Shown one piece after another: positions 50,801 through 59,458 of a stretch of DNA of 64,000 bases. Below the pieces are notes generated by a model. The model was not told where the DNA came from and did no database searches. It saw only the letters and a program-made list of their open reading frames with translations. Position numbers and translations under genes: made by a program. Each line of letters begins with the position of its first letter. The stretch's first letter is position 1. Source of the stretch: a virus; IMG/VR virus record IMGVR_UViG_3300043449_002510, positions 32,001 through 96,000 of that record; one strand, 5' to 3'.

Positions 50801-52738
50801 TATACTTATAATGGTAGAGATCCATTATTTTATCAATATATTGGGGGTAGAATAGGGGATGGTGCAGAGTTGGAGGGTGGATATAATGACAAAGGTATTA
50901 TTGGGGATAGTTGGTATAGCTTCTCTGGAGAAAGAATAGATGGTAAATTTAATAGAAATTTTGTTACCCTTTATCCGGAGGATATTATAGTTAGAGATAC
51001 ACAAAAAGATTCTTATTTGCTATTGTTTTCAATAGACAGTGGGAATTTTAATATATATACAAAAGGGTTGTCTTTTTATCCTTATTTTTATAACTTTCAA
51101 TATAAACCATTTATTAGTCCAACTTTGGCTGAACCAATTGGGGTTTCTTTAAATTATCTAACAGTAAACAATGCAGAATACTATTATCAATTTAATTTAA
51201 AAAATTATTTTCCTTTTAAAAACGTTTCATCAGAAGGATCTTTTTATCTTGAATCTGGATTAGATATTGGCCCTTTTGATAGAGATGTAGAGTTGTGTGT
51301 AATGAGTGGAAATTCCGTGTTTCCATCTGGTAATTTAATTATAGATAATAGGGAAATAGCTGGTCCAGGTCCTTTTTATAATGCTTATGGTGGAGATTTT
51401 AATGGTAATATTATTTTTTATGATAATTATGTAAATTTAAATCAAATAATTTCATATATTGCCCCAAGCACTGGAGAAGCTGGTAATACTAGAAACTCAA
51501 CGATAACAACTTTTAAAATGATTCCCAAAGGGGAAAAGATAAATATAAATATCTCTGGAAAGACTGGTATTGGTTTTAAAGATTCTGCTATTGTAACTAT
51601 AAGACCAAGAACGGTTCTTTCATCAACTTATACAAATAATATTCTTGATGAAGCGAGTGACCCTATTTTTTCTCCTTTCATCACTCAGGGTGATCCTTCT
51701 TATTTAAATATTTTTAACTATATAGATAATGGAGCAGAAACAAAGTTTTCTCTACCTCATCAAGGAGAATTTAAAAATTTAGTTGGAAAAAAATTCGAAT
51801 TTCAGACAAGACCTGTTTTAAAAGTTTTATATCCTGAACCAGAAGAAGATTTTATTCAAACTCTCTTAAGTAAGAATTATATTTCTTACGATTCTTATGG
51901 AAATTATGTTTACAACAGAACGCCCGGTCCAACTCATGATTATTGGAAATTAAAAAATCCAAGTTTAAAATTAACTGGAATAAGAGATGTTTCTAAAATA
52001 TCTTTTGAAATTGAATCTATAGATTTAGAATATGGCGACATTCCATACCAATCTCAAAAAATAATTATTCCATCTGGAAATTGTACAATAAGTGGAGTTT
52101 TTGCTTATACTGGTCAAACAGAGAGCGCAATTTTATCTCAAGGATTATTTCTGACTGGTGTTACAAGACCAAGCGCATTAGACTCTTATTATAGCCCACA
52201 TTATGTTTCTGATATTTTAAAAAGACTGCCCGAAGAAATTCAAGTATTACCATCTGGAAGTGGAAAATATATAGTTCTTGACGCGCCATCTTATGCAAAA
52301 AAAAGGAAAAATTATTTTTCAATTAATAACCAATCAGAATACGAAAACTATTCTCCATTTGGATTAAATTATAATAAATTTATTTGGCCTGCGCTAAGTG
52401 ATTTAGCGGAATTAAATCCAGACATTGTTTACGAAGAATTAATGCCGGAAGACGATAAGACTTTTAAAAATAGTTATTTATTTTTTAGCGCTTCTCAAGG
52501 TCAAGTTTTATTTAGTGGAGTTAGCGGTCTTTCTAATCCAAATGAAAATGCTACTTATAAAACAGAATATTTGTATGCTTTTGTAGACAGTACTTCAACG
52601 AATTCATCTTACAATACTGGAAAATGCATAATAAAAGCAAATGGAGTTATAGACACATTGGACTCTGGTAACTTATCAGGTATTTTGACAAGTGAAGGTT
52701 TAACATTAGGATTAATAAACAGCTTTAGCAATCTTTAA
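47840..52738 (+). CDS. Giant hypothetical virion-like protein
   Basis: 1632-aa uninterrupted ORF, aromatic and S/T-G rich like the tail proteins. Confidence 0.6.
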   Translation: MSSANYIYGLTAVTAFLRCEAKASNLTEVLLQNLSLAFGGKIEDGIYLYKNFKLNSSLNQTLGFTNAEWDNLEALIDGNQQSKIGIASLIYCFSIYSNIENKYREYYVNKLFNYIYSNKPPKYFSSSEIKTLVDSFSISAINLEIEQSNAKTSSKAINYNFYDSLPLFANLESDSNLKQLIKDSENQYYYLSGELIYDLDVKSTECEKNIISILTPSGEITTTVYRNIPCFEKDSFVGPVSGIKFLRFFNDGPPSSGYFEKDIMEAYIKFDENINNSKDYLSNKNILYSFVKDQSGNYIYLKSGVQIDAQGAFSSTGEYGYLHTNLIYSDEGCEWTKEELEKLPLMRMHQGDNIPKYIYSKTKNLSNECVTGISGPFNWTGFKFVNFELKDSWLKYFDFIDVNPRMDKSRTLKRALNIENDLQDSIIHSPYLNVTSSENGVLECNQYVGPPQLNSDYSSLPGFAFYQTFDNKNFGTGNSEEFSTINIFPTISSGSAFTNLKSNRELSVSSFPIFTGKKINHDSFNNTTKIIINKTFNSSSIADYDDIFKKSIAIGDAFNNQISGTTSLQYNAGYFYTGYDIYKNGEKVILGSLLSEYEDKKIGAKYSKVKYLTGYLDTETDKVYSITPLTAHIFTGISGENLKSVGEYIVYYYFNTNTGAGSILSVNTGWNASFAPIPEGVLQNPSKYSGLYDYQKVENYFPRYYSGPFASYENKFLYPNAEYTYNEYSSFVNGFPYKISYKIKIKEETVREICFSSGFDGSFEYLNVIRAGPSGVDTPYVDYNALTGLERKMVTPFTLSTPDLSLQNKYNFYKNTGFYNSNGWFFYNSPISLNQNSSFVDSFYVRGSVNYWLPEKINNTNYKFSIIDYNKSVNRLNTFFNGVRITGLPIQKKIKISNNLEKTVSSIVEAPSSLYWGYKGTEISGEMFYCPPIFDLNYYQKYINSGFLNVFAKENSKFWTFYGEPRHVFSLNGKIKETDRLYSGNSVYTYNGRDPLFYQYIGGRIGDGAELEGGYNDKGIIGDSWYSFSGERIDGKFNRNFVTLYPEDIIVRDTQKDSYLLLFSIDSGNFNIYTKGLSFYPYFYNFQYKPFISPTLAEPIGVSLNYLTVNNAEYYYQFNLKNYFPFKNVSSEGSFYLESGLDIGPFDRDVELCVMSGNSVFPSGNLIIDNREIAGPGPFYNAYGGDFNGNIIFYDNYVNLNQIISYIAPSTGEAGNTRNSTITTFKMIPKGEKININISGKTGIGFKDSAIVTIRPRTVLSSTYTNNILDEASDPIFSPFITQGDPSYLNIFNYIDNGAETKFSLPHQGEFKNLVGKKFEFQTRPVLKVLYPEPEEDFIQTLLSKNYISYDSYGNYVYNRTPGPTHDYWKLKNPSLKLTGIRDVSKISFEIESIDLEYGDIPYQSQKIIIPSGNCTISGVFAYTGQTESAILSQGLFLTGVTRPSALDSYYSPHYVSDILKRLPEEIQVLPSGSGKYIVLDAPSYAKKRKNYFSINNQSEYENYSPFGLNYNKFIWPALSDLAELNPDIVYEELMPEDDKTFKNSYLFFSASQGQVLFSGVSGLSNPNENATYKTEYLYAFVDSTSTNSSYNTGKCIIKANGVIDTLDSGNLSGILTSEGLTLGLINSFSNL

Positions 52739-55292
52739 GATCAGAAAGTTTTGTATAAATTTTATTTTGCTGAGTAGCAATAAGATCTGCAAAAACAGTG
52801 TCGTCTTCCATTTTGGTACCACAAACAATAACTATGTCTCCTTCTTTGGGAAGACCATTGTTTAAAGATTTGCATTCTTCTAGCTTTTCTTTAAAAATCA
52901 TAACTTTTAAAGATCCAGTTTCATCTGAAATCTGAAATTTTGCATAGGCGTTACCATTTTTAGATTTGCCAATTTTAGGATCTTCTTCGATTTTACCAAT
53001 GAAATCACATTTTCTTTTAGTTGTAAAATCTTTAATTATATTAATAGATTCAAGGCTCTCTTTTTTCGTGAGAAAAATATCGATTAGTCTTTTATTACTT
53101 GTATAACCAAGTAGTTTGTTCTCATACCACCAATTTGCAAAATCTTGACTAATTTTATTCTGAGTATAGATAGCCTTGTATTTTTCGCTATTCTTTTTGA
53201 TAGTTTCAAGTCTAGAGCCTTTGATTATAGGTTTGCTTTTTTCATCTTTAATATTTTCACACAAAGCTTTAACTGTTTTAGAAATATTGTTTTCATAATC
53301 TTTAGCATAAGAAACAACATACTTTTTTTCTTTTTCAGTTAAGATGTTCCAAAGTTGGGCTTCATAGACCAACAAAACTCTATTTTTAGAAATAGAATCA
53401 AGAGTTCCCGCCTGAATCAAAGCTGAAAGAACGCCGATTCCAAGTCCAGCCTCTTTTGCAGATTGAAACAGTTCAAATTTATTTGCATGCTCTCTTTTAA
53501 AGTTATTAATCTTCTCAATGGTTTTTTCACTAATACCTTTAATAGAAGACAAGCCAAATCTAATATTTTTATCTTCAATAGAAAAGTCCATTTTTGACTT
53601 GGTTAAACTTGGAGGCAAAAGTTCAACACCAAGAGCAGACATTTCTTTACTGATTTTCGAAATTTCTCCAATTGGATCTGGTTCATGCCTAGTCATTTTG
53701 AGTAATGACAAATAAAATTCGGCAGTATGATTAAATTTAAGATAAATTGTTTGAGCCGAAAGGGCTGCATATGCAGCAGCATGAGATTTATTAAAAGAAT
53801 AATCCGCAGAGTCCAAAAGAAGACTCCAAAAGAAATCACCAGCAGATTCAATATTCTTTTCTTTGGCTCTTTGCTTGATGATTTTCTCAAACTTCATCAT
53901 ATCCTCTTTCTTTTTCTTACCGCAGGCGCGACGAACCATTTCAGCTTCATCAAGAGAAAGATCAAAAACCTCTTTACAAGCTCGCATTAAAGTCTCTTGA
54001 AAAAGACAGCATCCACCAGTCTCTTTCAGGATATCATCAAGAATTTTAGATCCAGTATTTATATCAATAGTCCCAGTGTTTGTAAATCTTGCGTATTGAT
54101 CTGTAAATTGCATAGCACCGGGACGACCAAGGCTAAGAACCGCAGCCAATTCTTCAATGTTTTTGGGCTTAACCTTTTGTGTAACTTTATAATTAACATC
54201 CGCTTCAATTTGAAAAAGACCATGAGGATGCTTTAAGTCTTGCAGATATCTATAAATAGAAGAATCATTAATATCAATATCCTCTGTCTTTATTCCAATA
54301 GACTTACAACAATCATCAACAACAGAAACGCTTCTTAAACCAAGGGCGTCAAGTTTTACAGTAAACAAAGAAACCCAACTCATGTCATAACCAGAAACAT
54401 CTTCCTTATCAGAAGAGAACTCTACTGGACAGCAATCTTCAAGGGCTTCAAAAGAAATAAGAATTCCAGAAGGATGAACACCCTTATTTTTAATAAGGTT
54501 CTTTAATTTGAGAGCAGTTTGATAAATTAAAATATTTTCATCACACCATTCTTTAAATTCTTTAACTTCAGAATAAGCTTTTTCAATGTCTTCGACTTGA
54601 CCATGAACCTTTGGAATAAGGCCAGTGACATGAGTCATTTCTTCTTCAGATTTCATTCCGAGGATTTTACCAACTTCTTTGATAAGAAGTTTTGAAGAAA
54701 GAGTATTTAAGGTAAGAATCTTACAAGTTTTACCTTGGTATTTATTATTAACATACTCAAGAACTTTATGTCTCTGATAATAATCAAAATCAATATCAAC
54801 ATCAGGCATCAGAGACCCATCAAGATAAGTAATACCATCTACAACCGTCTTTTTAGCCCTTGTCTTAGAAACGAAACGCTCAAAATAGAGACCATACTTA
54901 AGTGAATCAATTTTTGTGACGCCAATCAGGAACAAAACTAGACTACCAGCAGCAGAACCACGACCAGGTCCAGTTGGAATATTGTTTTCTCTACAGAAGT
55001 TGACAACATCCCAAACAAGCAAAATATAATCAACGAATCCTAAGTCATTAAGAATTTCGAGTTCGTACTTGATTCTATTTGCATACTCATTGTACTCTTT
55101 TGAATTCTTCTTAAGATTTAAATTTAAGAATCCCTTCTTGCACAACGCTCTCAAAAAATCATAATTCGAGCAATTATTTTCAAGCCCAACCTCTTTCTTG
55201 TATTTGTCTTCAATCTTTAATACAGGAAGACGAACGCCTTTAATCGGGGTTTCAATATCAGAAAAAGTATTTACAAAATCAACTGGATTCAT
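52725..55292 (-). CDS. dnaE: DNA polymerase III alpha (family C) catalytic part lacking most of the PHP domain
   Basis: GPGRGSAAGSLV, FERF, MPDVDIDFD, HPSG, KLDALGL, YSFNKSHA, RFGLSSIKGI and a C-terminal OB fold. Confidence 0.93.
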   Translation of the reverse strand: MNPVDFVNTFSDIETPIKGVRLPVLKIEDKYKKEVGLENNCSNYDFLRALCKKGFLNLNLKKNSKEYNEYANRIKYELEILNDLGFVDYILLVWDVVNFCRENNIPTGPGRGSAAGSLVLFLIGVTKIDSLKYGLYFERFVSKTRAKKTVVDGITYLDGSLMPDVDIDFDYYQRHKVLEYVNNKYQGKTCKILTLNTLSSKLLIKEVGKILGMKSEEEMTHVTGLIPKVHGQVEDIEKAYSEVKEFKEWCDENILIYQTALKLKNLIKNKGVHPSGILISFEALEDCCPVEFSSDKEDVSGYDMSWVSLFTVKLDALGLRSVSVVDDCCKSIGIKTEDIDINDSSIYRYLQDLKHPHGLFQIEADVNYKVTQKVKPKNIEELAAVLSLGRPGAMQFTDQYARFTNTGTIDINTGSKILDDILKETGGCCLFQETLMRACKEVFDLSLDEAEMVRRACGKKKKEDMMKFEKIIKQRAKEKNIESAGDFFWSLLLDSADYSFNKSHAAAYAALSAQTIYLKFNHTAEFYLSLLKMTRHEPDPIGEISKISKEMSALGVELLPPSLTKSKMDFSIEDKNIRFGLSSIKGISEKTIEKINNFKREHANKFELFQSAKEAGLGIGVLSALIQAGTLDSISKNRVLLVYEAQLWNILTEKEKKYVVSYAKDYENNISKTVKALCENIKDEKSKPIIKGSRLETIKKNSEKYKAIYTQNKISQDFANWWYENKLLGYTSNKRLIDIFLTKKESLESINIIKDFTTKRKCDFIGKIEEDPKIGKSKNGNAYAKFQISDETGSLKVMIFKEKLEECKSLNNGLPKEGDIVIVCGTKMEDDTVFADLIATQQNKIYTKLSDLKDC

Positions 55293-55933
55293 AATTCAAT
55301 TTGAAACTTCAATCTATTCCAAACTTTGAGATTGAGTCTTAGATCAACAAGAGCATTGTGCAAATTCTCGTAATCGTGCTCAATGTTATACTCTTTTCCC
55401 AAAGAAGTCAAATTGGTCTTTATACCTCTCACAAAAGTATTTGCCATTCTGTATTGATATTCTAACCAAATGTCATCATTAGGTTTATAAGGGCAATTCA
55501 TTTTAATACCTTGAGCGACTGACTTTGTATCAATCGTTTTATTTAAAATAAAAGACCAATCTTCACCCATATATTCTGCATAACCTTTGAGCAAGTGAAT
55601 ATCAAATCTCAAACCATTATGCATTATGATATGATCAGCCCATTGAAGAATAGGCCAAAATTTTTCGAAAGCTTCATCTGGTCCAATACAATTAGCATTA
55701 AAATGATTTTCATTAAATTTAGTTACAGCGGCGGCTCCAGCACCGATTTTAAATTTGCAATCATCCCATTTAATTAAACAATCAACTTCTTCAAGGATTT
55801 GTTCTCCTTGAACTTTCAAAACAGCAACTTGCCAAGGGCGATTGATTTGAAAATTTAAAGCTAAATTATATGTTTCAACATCAATAAAAGCTATTTTAGC
55901 ATTTTTATTAAATCTAAGCCAATTTTCTTCCAT
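55289..55933 (-). CDS. DEDDh 3'-5' exonuclease (DnaQ/epsilon-like)
   Basis: Exo I FIDVET, Exo II HNGLRFD, Exo III HNALVD; ATGA-type overlap with dnaE. Confidence 0.88.
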   Translation of the reverse strand: MEENWLRFNKNAKIAFIDVETYNLALNFQINRPWQVAVLKVQGEQILEEVDCLIKWDDCKFKIGAGAAAVTKFNENHFNANCIGPDEAFEKFWPILQWADHIIMHNGLRFDIHLLKGYAEYMGEDWSFILNKTIDTKSVAQGIKMNCPYKPNDDIWLEYQYRMANTFVRGIKTNLTSLGKEYNIEHDYENLHNALVDLRLNLKVWNRLKFQIEL

Positions 55934-55935
55934 AT

Positions 55936-56700
55936 TTAAACCTTTTCCTCTCTTCTAAGCCAACTTTCATAATTAAATGAATCACTGCACAAGTGATTAA
56001 ATTCTGGCTTTTCTATAGTTCTTCTTTCCGAAATGCACTTGAAAGTCATATAAGCAATAAAATCACTCTTTGATTTATAATAAATACTTTGAGAATTAAT
56101 TGAGTCAAAGCCATTGTCTTTACAATATTTTTCGACTTTAGACTTTAGGTATGCATCAAAAGGGATATTATTGTTCTCTATAAAGAACTTTGGTTTAATT
56201 GAATCAAACTCTGGAACATGAAAATATCCTTCAAGGGAATTCAAATGAAGAAATGAATCATAGAAAGGGACAACAAGCGTTAAATTTTTATTCCAGAGAT
56301 TTTTTAAATTTTTAAAATCAATACAAGGATTATAATAAAATCCTTCTCTAGCTGCCAGAGACCAAATTTTGATTAACGCTTTGTATCCATCGTTATTATT
56401 CGCAAAAATGATATACTTAGCTCTATTCTTCAGAGACTTTTCGTCTTGATTTTCAATATCCTTAGTTACATCTAGTCTAAGACCAAACATTAACTTTAAT
56501 TTATTTTCTTGACAATTTTTGCTTGCTTCAAGAAAACTTGTCATATTGTCTTCAACTAGACAAAGAAAATCTTTTTTAGAATGTAAAACTAAATCAAAAA
56601 TAGAAGTTGGATAATTATCAATGCTTCCAGTTGGTTTTTCGAGAGTTAAGATTGATTTGCCCAAAGAGTAGTGACTTTTATAGCAAGGTAGAGATTGCAT
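55936..56700 (-). CDS. Stand-alone PHP domain of DNA polymerase III alpha (degenerate metal site)
   Basis: KSHYSLGKSIL, LVEDNM, KLMFGLRL, IFANNNDGYKALIKIWS..AREGFYYNPCID match the DnaE N-terminal PHP. Confidence 0.85.
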   Translation of the reverse strand: MQSLPCYKSHYSLGKSILTLEKPTGSIDNYPTSIFDLVLHSKKDFLCLVEDNMTSFLEASKNCQENKLKLMFGLRLDVTKDIENQDEKSLKNRAKYIIFANNNDGYKALIKIWSLAAREGFYYNPCIDFKNLKNLWNKNLTLVVPFYDSFLHLNSLEGYFHVPEFDSIKPKFFIENNNIPFDAYLKSKVEKYCKDNGFDSINSQSIYYKSKSDFIAYMTFKCISERRTIEKPEFNHLCSDSFNYESWLRREEKV

Positions 56701-56707
56701 ATTTTAT

Positions 56708-56735
56708 ATGATATCTAATCTTGATCAAAAGTCAA
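56708..56735 (-). promoter_or_regulatory. Sigma70-like promoter TTGACT-N16-TATCAT for the polymerase operon, overlapped by an inverted repeat
   Basis: + strand agtcaa at 56730-56735 and atgata at 56708-56713; ATG 7 nt downstream. Confidence 0.7.
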
Positions 56736-56770
56736 GATTTTCTGTAAAATATATCGGTGTAATTAAAAAT

Positions 56771-57496
56771 ATGCTTGATATAAATTTTTCTGGATTGCAA
56801 TCGTTTGCTTCAAACAAAGAAAGTCTTGAACAAACAATAAAATATTTATTAAATAAAAATAAAGTTCTTCTTCTTGCTACATCTAATCGTTGGGAGGGTC
56901 ACGAAGATGATACTCCTAAATCTACATTGTTGGCAAAAATTGTTAAAGCTCATCTCGGTGAAAAAGCAGAATTAATTGATGTAAGCAAACTTCATATTTA
57001 TATTTGCGAAGGAAATGTCTCAAGTAAAGAAGGCAATCATTGTGGAACAAAAGACTCCGTTTTAAAAGACAAAAGCAAAAATCCAAGTGGCCATCACAGA
57101 TGTTGGGCAAGTATAAATAATAAAGATGATGAACTATGGAAAATTAGCAAACCTTTATTTGAGAGTGATGCTATTGTATTTTTTACTTCCATTAGATGGG
57201 GACAAACAAACAGTATTTATCAAAAATTAATTGAAAGACTTTGCTGGATAGAAAATAGACACTCAACTCTTAAAGAAGATAATATAATTAAAAATATTGA
57301 CGCTGGAGTTATTGCTATTGGCCAAAATTGGAATGGAGCAAATGTAATTGAAACTCAGAAAAAAGTATTGTCCTTTTATGGTTTTAATACCCCAAATCAA
57401 TTAAGTTGGAATTGGCAATATACTCAAAATCCTTTAGATGAAACAAAAGAAAGTTATAACAATGCAATAATTAAATTTAAAAATACTTTTCTTTAA
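56771..57496 (+). CDS. NAD(P)H-dependent FMN reductase/iron-sulfur flavoprotein-like flavodoxin-fold protein
   Basis: VLLLATSNR, KSTLLA, HIYICEG...HC...RCWAS..KDDEL, SDAIVFFTSIRWG; start placed at ATG 56771 after the GTGTAATT motif. Confidence 0.75.
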   Translation: MLDINFSGLQSFASNKESLEQTIKYLLNKNKVLLLATSNRWEGHEDDTPKSTLLAKIVKAHLGEKAELIDVSKLHIYICEGNVSSKEGNHCGTKDSVLKDKSKNPSGHHRCWASINNKDDELWKISKPLFESDAIVFFTSIRWGQTNSIYQKLIERLCWIENRHSTLKEDNIIKNIDAGVIAIGQNWNGANVIETQKKVLSFYGFNTPNQLSWNWQYTQNPLDETKESYNNAIIKFKNTFL

Positions 57497-58545
57497 AAAT
57501 CATCAAGTATATCTTTTTTAATTAATTTTTTATTATCGCCAATTTCTTCAACTACATTTCTATGTTTAGGGCAACCTTCGTAGTAAATTTCTTCTATTGA
57601 TTCACCCTCTTTTAAAGTCGGAACTTCTTCCTTCTTTAAATAAGATTTAATTATTTTTCCATCCTTTTTAACTGCGTAATAATAGAAACTCCATTTCATA
57701 GGACATCCCCATTTTACGGTTCCATCTTTTTTTAATTCTCCCGGTTTTGAATTAAAACCACAAAGTAATTTTCCTTTAAATTCACCATTACTTGGCATAG
57801 GTTGATCTGCGGCAAAGTTTGAATAAGCATGTTTTGAAGAAAAAGAATCGAGCTGTTTTTGTATTGATTCCAAATAATACTCAAAACCTTTTAAAGCGTC
57901 TTCTTCAAAAGTAACTGGCAACATTGGGTCATCTGGGAACTGAAGAAAAATAAATCTGACTTCAGGTTTTAACTCTGGCCATATTTTCTTACAAGCTAAA
58001 CTATAAATTAAACCTTGAAGATTTGATTCAATGTCTTCTCCCTCAAATTTCTTTTTAGAAGATTTAAAATCATCGATAATAATTTTATTTCCTTTTATAA
58101 AAGGTTTATCAATGAATCCTTTTATATAGTAATATGGAGATTCGTTTAGAATGTTGAATTCATATTCTGGTTTTACAAGCTTGCCGCCTTTAACAAAAAA
58201 ATCACTATTCAAACCAACCATGATCATTTTATCAATATGGTCAAAAAGTTGATCAGTATATCTTAATTTATAAAAAGAAATATATTTACGAACTAATCTT
58301 TCTACGCTCTTTCTACCCTTAATTGACTTAGCCTTGATTATGTCTTTATATTTTTGTTTATGTTTTGGATTAAGCAATAATTCAAAAATATTATGACAAA
58401 CAGAACCTTTGAGAGCCCCATCGTTGGTAGGCTCAGGTACTTTAAGAATATATTTTGAATAATAAAGCCAACTACAATTTTCAAAAGTTTTAATTCTGGA
58501 AGCAGATATCGGAGTTGTTTCTAGTTTTGGTAATGATTCTTCCAT
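57493..58545 (-). CDS. PD-(D/E)xK nuclease (RecB/AddB/Cas4-like exonuclease)
   Basis: ISASRIKTFENC, GSVCH, KGFIDK, IIDDFKSSK, QGLIY and C-terminal cysteines. Confidence 0.85.
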   Translation of the reverse strand: MEESLPKLETTPISASRIKTFENCSWLYYSKYILKVPEPTNDGALKGSVCHNIFELLLNPKHKQKYKDIIKAKSIKGRKSVERLVRKYISFYKLRYTDQLFDHIDKMIMVGLNSDFFVKGGKLVKPEYEFNILNESPYYYIKGFIDKPFIKGNKIIIDDFKSSKKKFEGEDIESNLQGLIYSLACKKIWPELKPEVRFIFLQFPDDPMLPVTFEEDALKGFEYYLESIQKQLDSFSSKHAYSNFAADQPMPSNGEFKGKLLCGFNSKPGELKKDGTVKWGCPMKWSFYYYAVKKDGKIIKSYLKKEEVPTLKEGESIEEIYYEGCPKHRNVVEEIGDNKKLIKKDILDDF

Positions 58546-58546
58546 T

Positions 58547-59458
58547 TTAATTTAAAAGTTTATTTTCTAAGCAAAAATTTTTAAATGATTCTCTGTCTTT
58601 AATGAGCATGTCATTTAAATCATTTTCTGGTGGAGTAACAATTTCTATTTGAGAATCATCAAAGTGACTCAAAAGCTCTTTCTTTATTTCTCCAGCGGCC
58701 TTATTGCCAACAAAATTATTATCATAATCGTTATTAAGAATAATTTTAACATTATTAATATCACTTTTTAAGAGGTAACAGATTATTTTTGGACTTATGC
58801 TTACTCCAAAAAGAACGATTACATTTTTAACTCCTACTTCTATTAGACTAAGAGCGTCACCGGGAGATTCTACGAGAATAGCACTTTTTTTGTTTTGAAT
58901 CTCTTTAAATCCAAAGTTTGGGAACAGCCAATTTGATTTATTTCCTAAATGCTTCCAGCGAATATTATTTTTATTAATAGCTCTACCAGTAAAACCTATA
59001 ATATCTCCTTTTTCATCAAAGATCGGAAAAACGTATCTACCCTTCATTCTCCCATTATCAGCTATTCCACCCTTAAACTGCTCAAGAGTAAAAGGGCTTA
59101 TGCCCCTAGCCTGCCAATAAGAATGATCTTTAATTAATTTATTAATTAATATTTTATCGAATTTTTTAACATCTATTAGCCCTATTTCCTGGTTTGAGCT
59201 ATTTGTGGGTATGGAAAGACCTCCTAAATGCTGTTTTACGCTATCAAGAGATGACAAATTAAGCGTTTTCTGTATCAGTTGGGGTAATTTACCCCCTACG
59301 CGCTCAGAAAAGTCGTACCATTCACCTGTAGACTTTTTTATACATAGAGAAGTTGGGTTATCAGAAGGCCTATAAATAGGCTTGGTTCTCCAAGAATCTC
59401 CAAAGTCTTTTAAATCAGAATAACCTATATTATTTAATATAATTAAAATTTCATTCAT
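58547..59458 (-). CDS. DnaG-type DNA primase
   Basis: YWQARGIS, RYVFPIFD..GDIIGFTGR, TOPRIM ILVESPGDAL and LNNDYD...G. Confidence 0.88.
   Translation of the reverse strand: MNEILIILNNIGYSDLKDFGDSWRTKPIYRPSDNPTSLCIKKSTGEWYDFSERVGGKLPQLIQKTLNLSSLDSVKQHLGGLSIPTNSSNQEIGLIDVKKFDKILINKLIKDHSYWQARGISPFTLEQFKGGIADNGRMKGRYVFPIFDEKGDIIGFTGRAINKNNIRWKHLGNKSNWLFPNFGFKEIQNKKSAILVESPGDALSLIEVGVKNVIVLFGVSISPKIICYLLKSDINNVKIILNNDYDNNFVGNKAAGEIKKELLSHFDDSQIEIVTPPENDLNDMLIKDRESFKNFCLENKLLN

Noticed and set aside
56708-56770. ORF-track start at 56708 for the flavodoxin-fold gene
   Set aside because: This stretch holds the divergent promoter boxes and palindrome; ATG 56771, just after GTGTAATT, is the more plausible start.
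57493-58545. Cas4-like nuclease as evidence for a CRISPR-Cas system
   Set aside because: No other cas genes or array are present; it lies in the helicase-primase operon, as is typical of phage recombination exonucleases.
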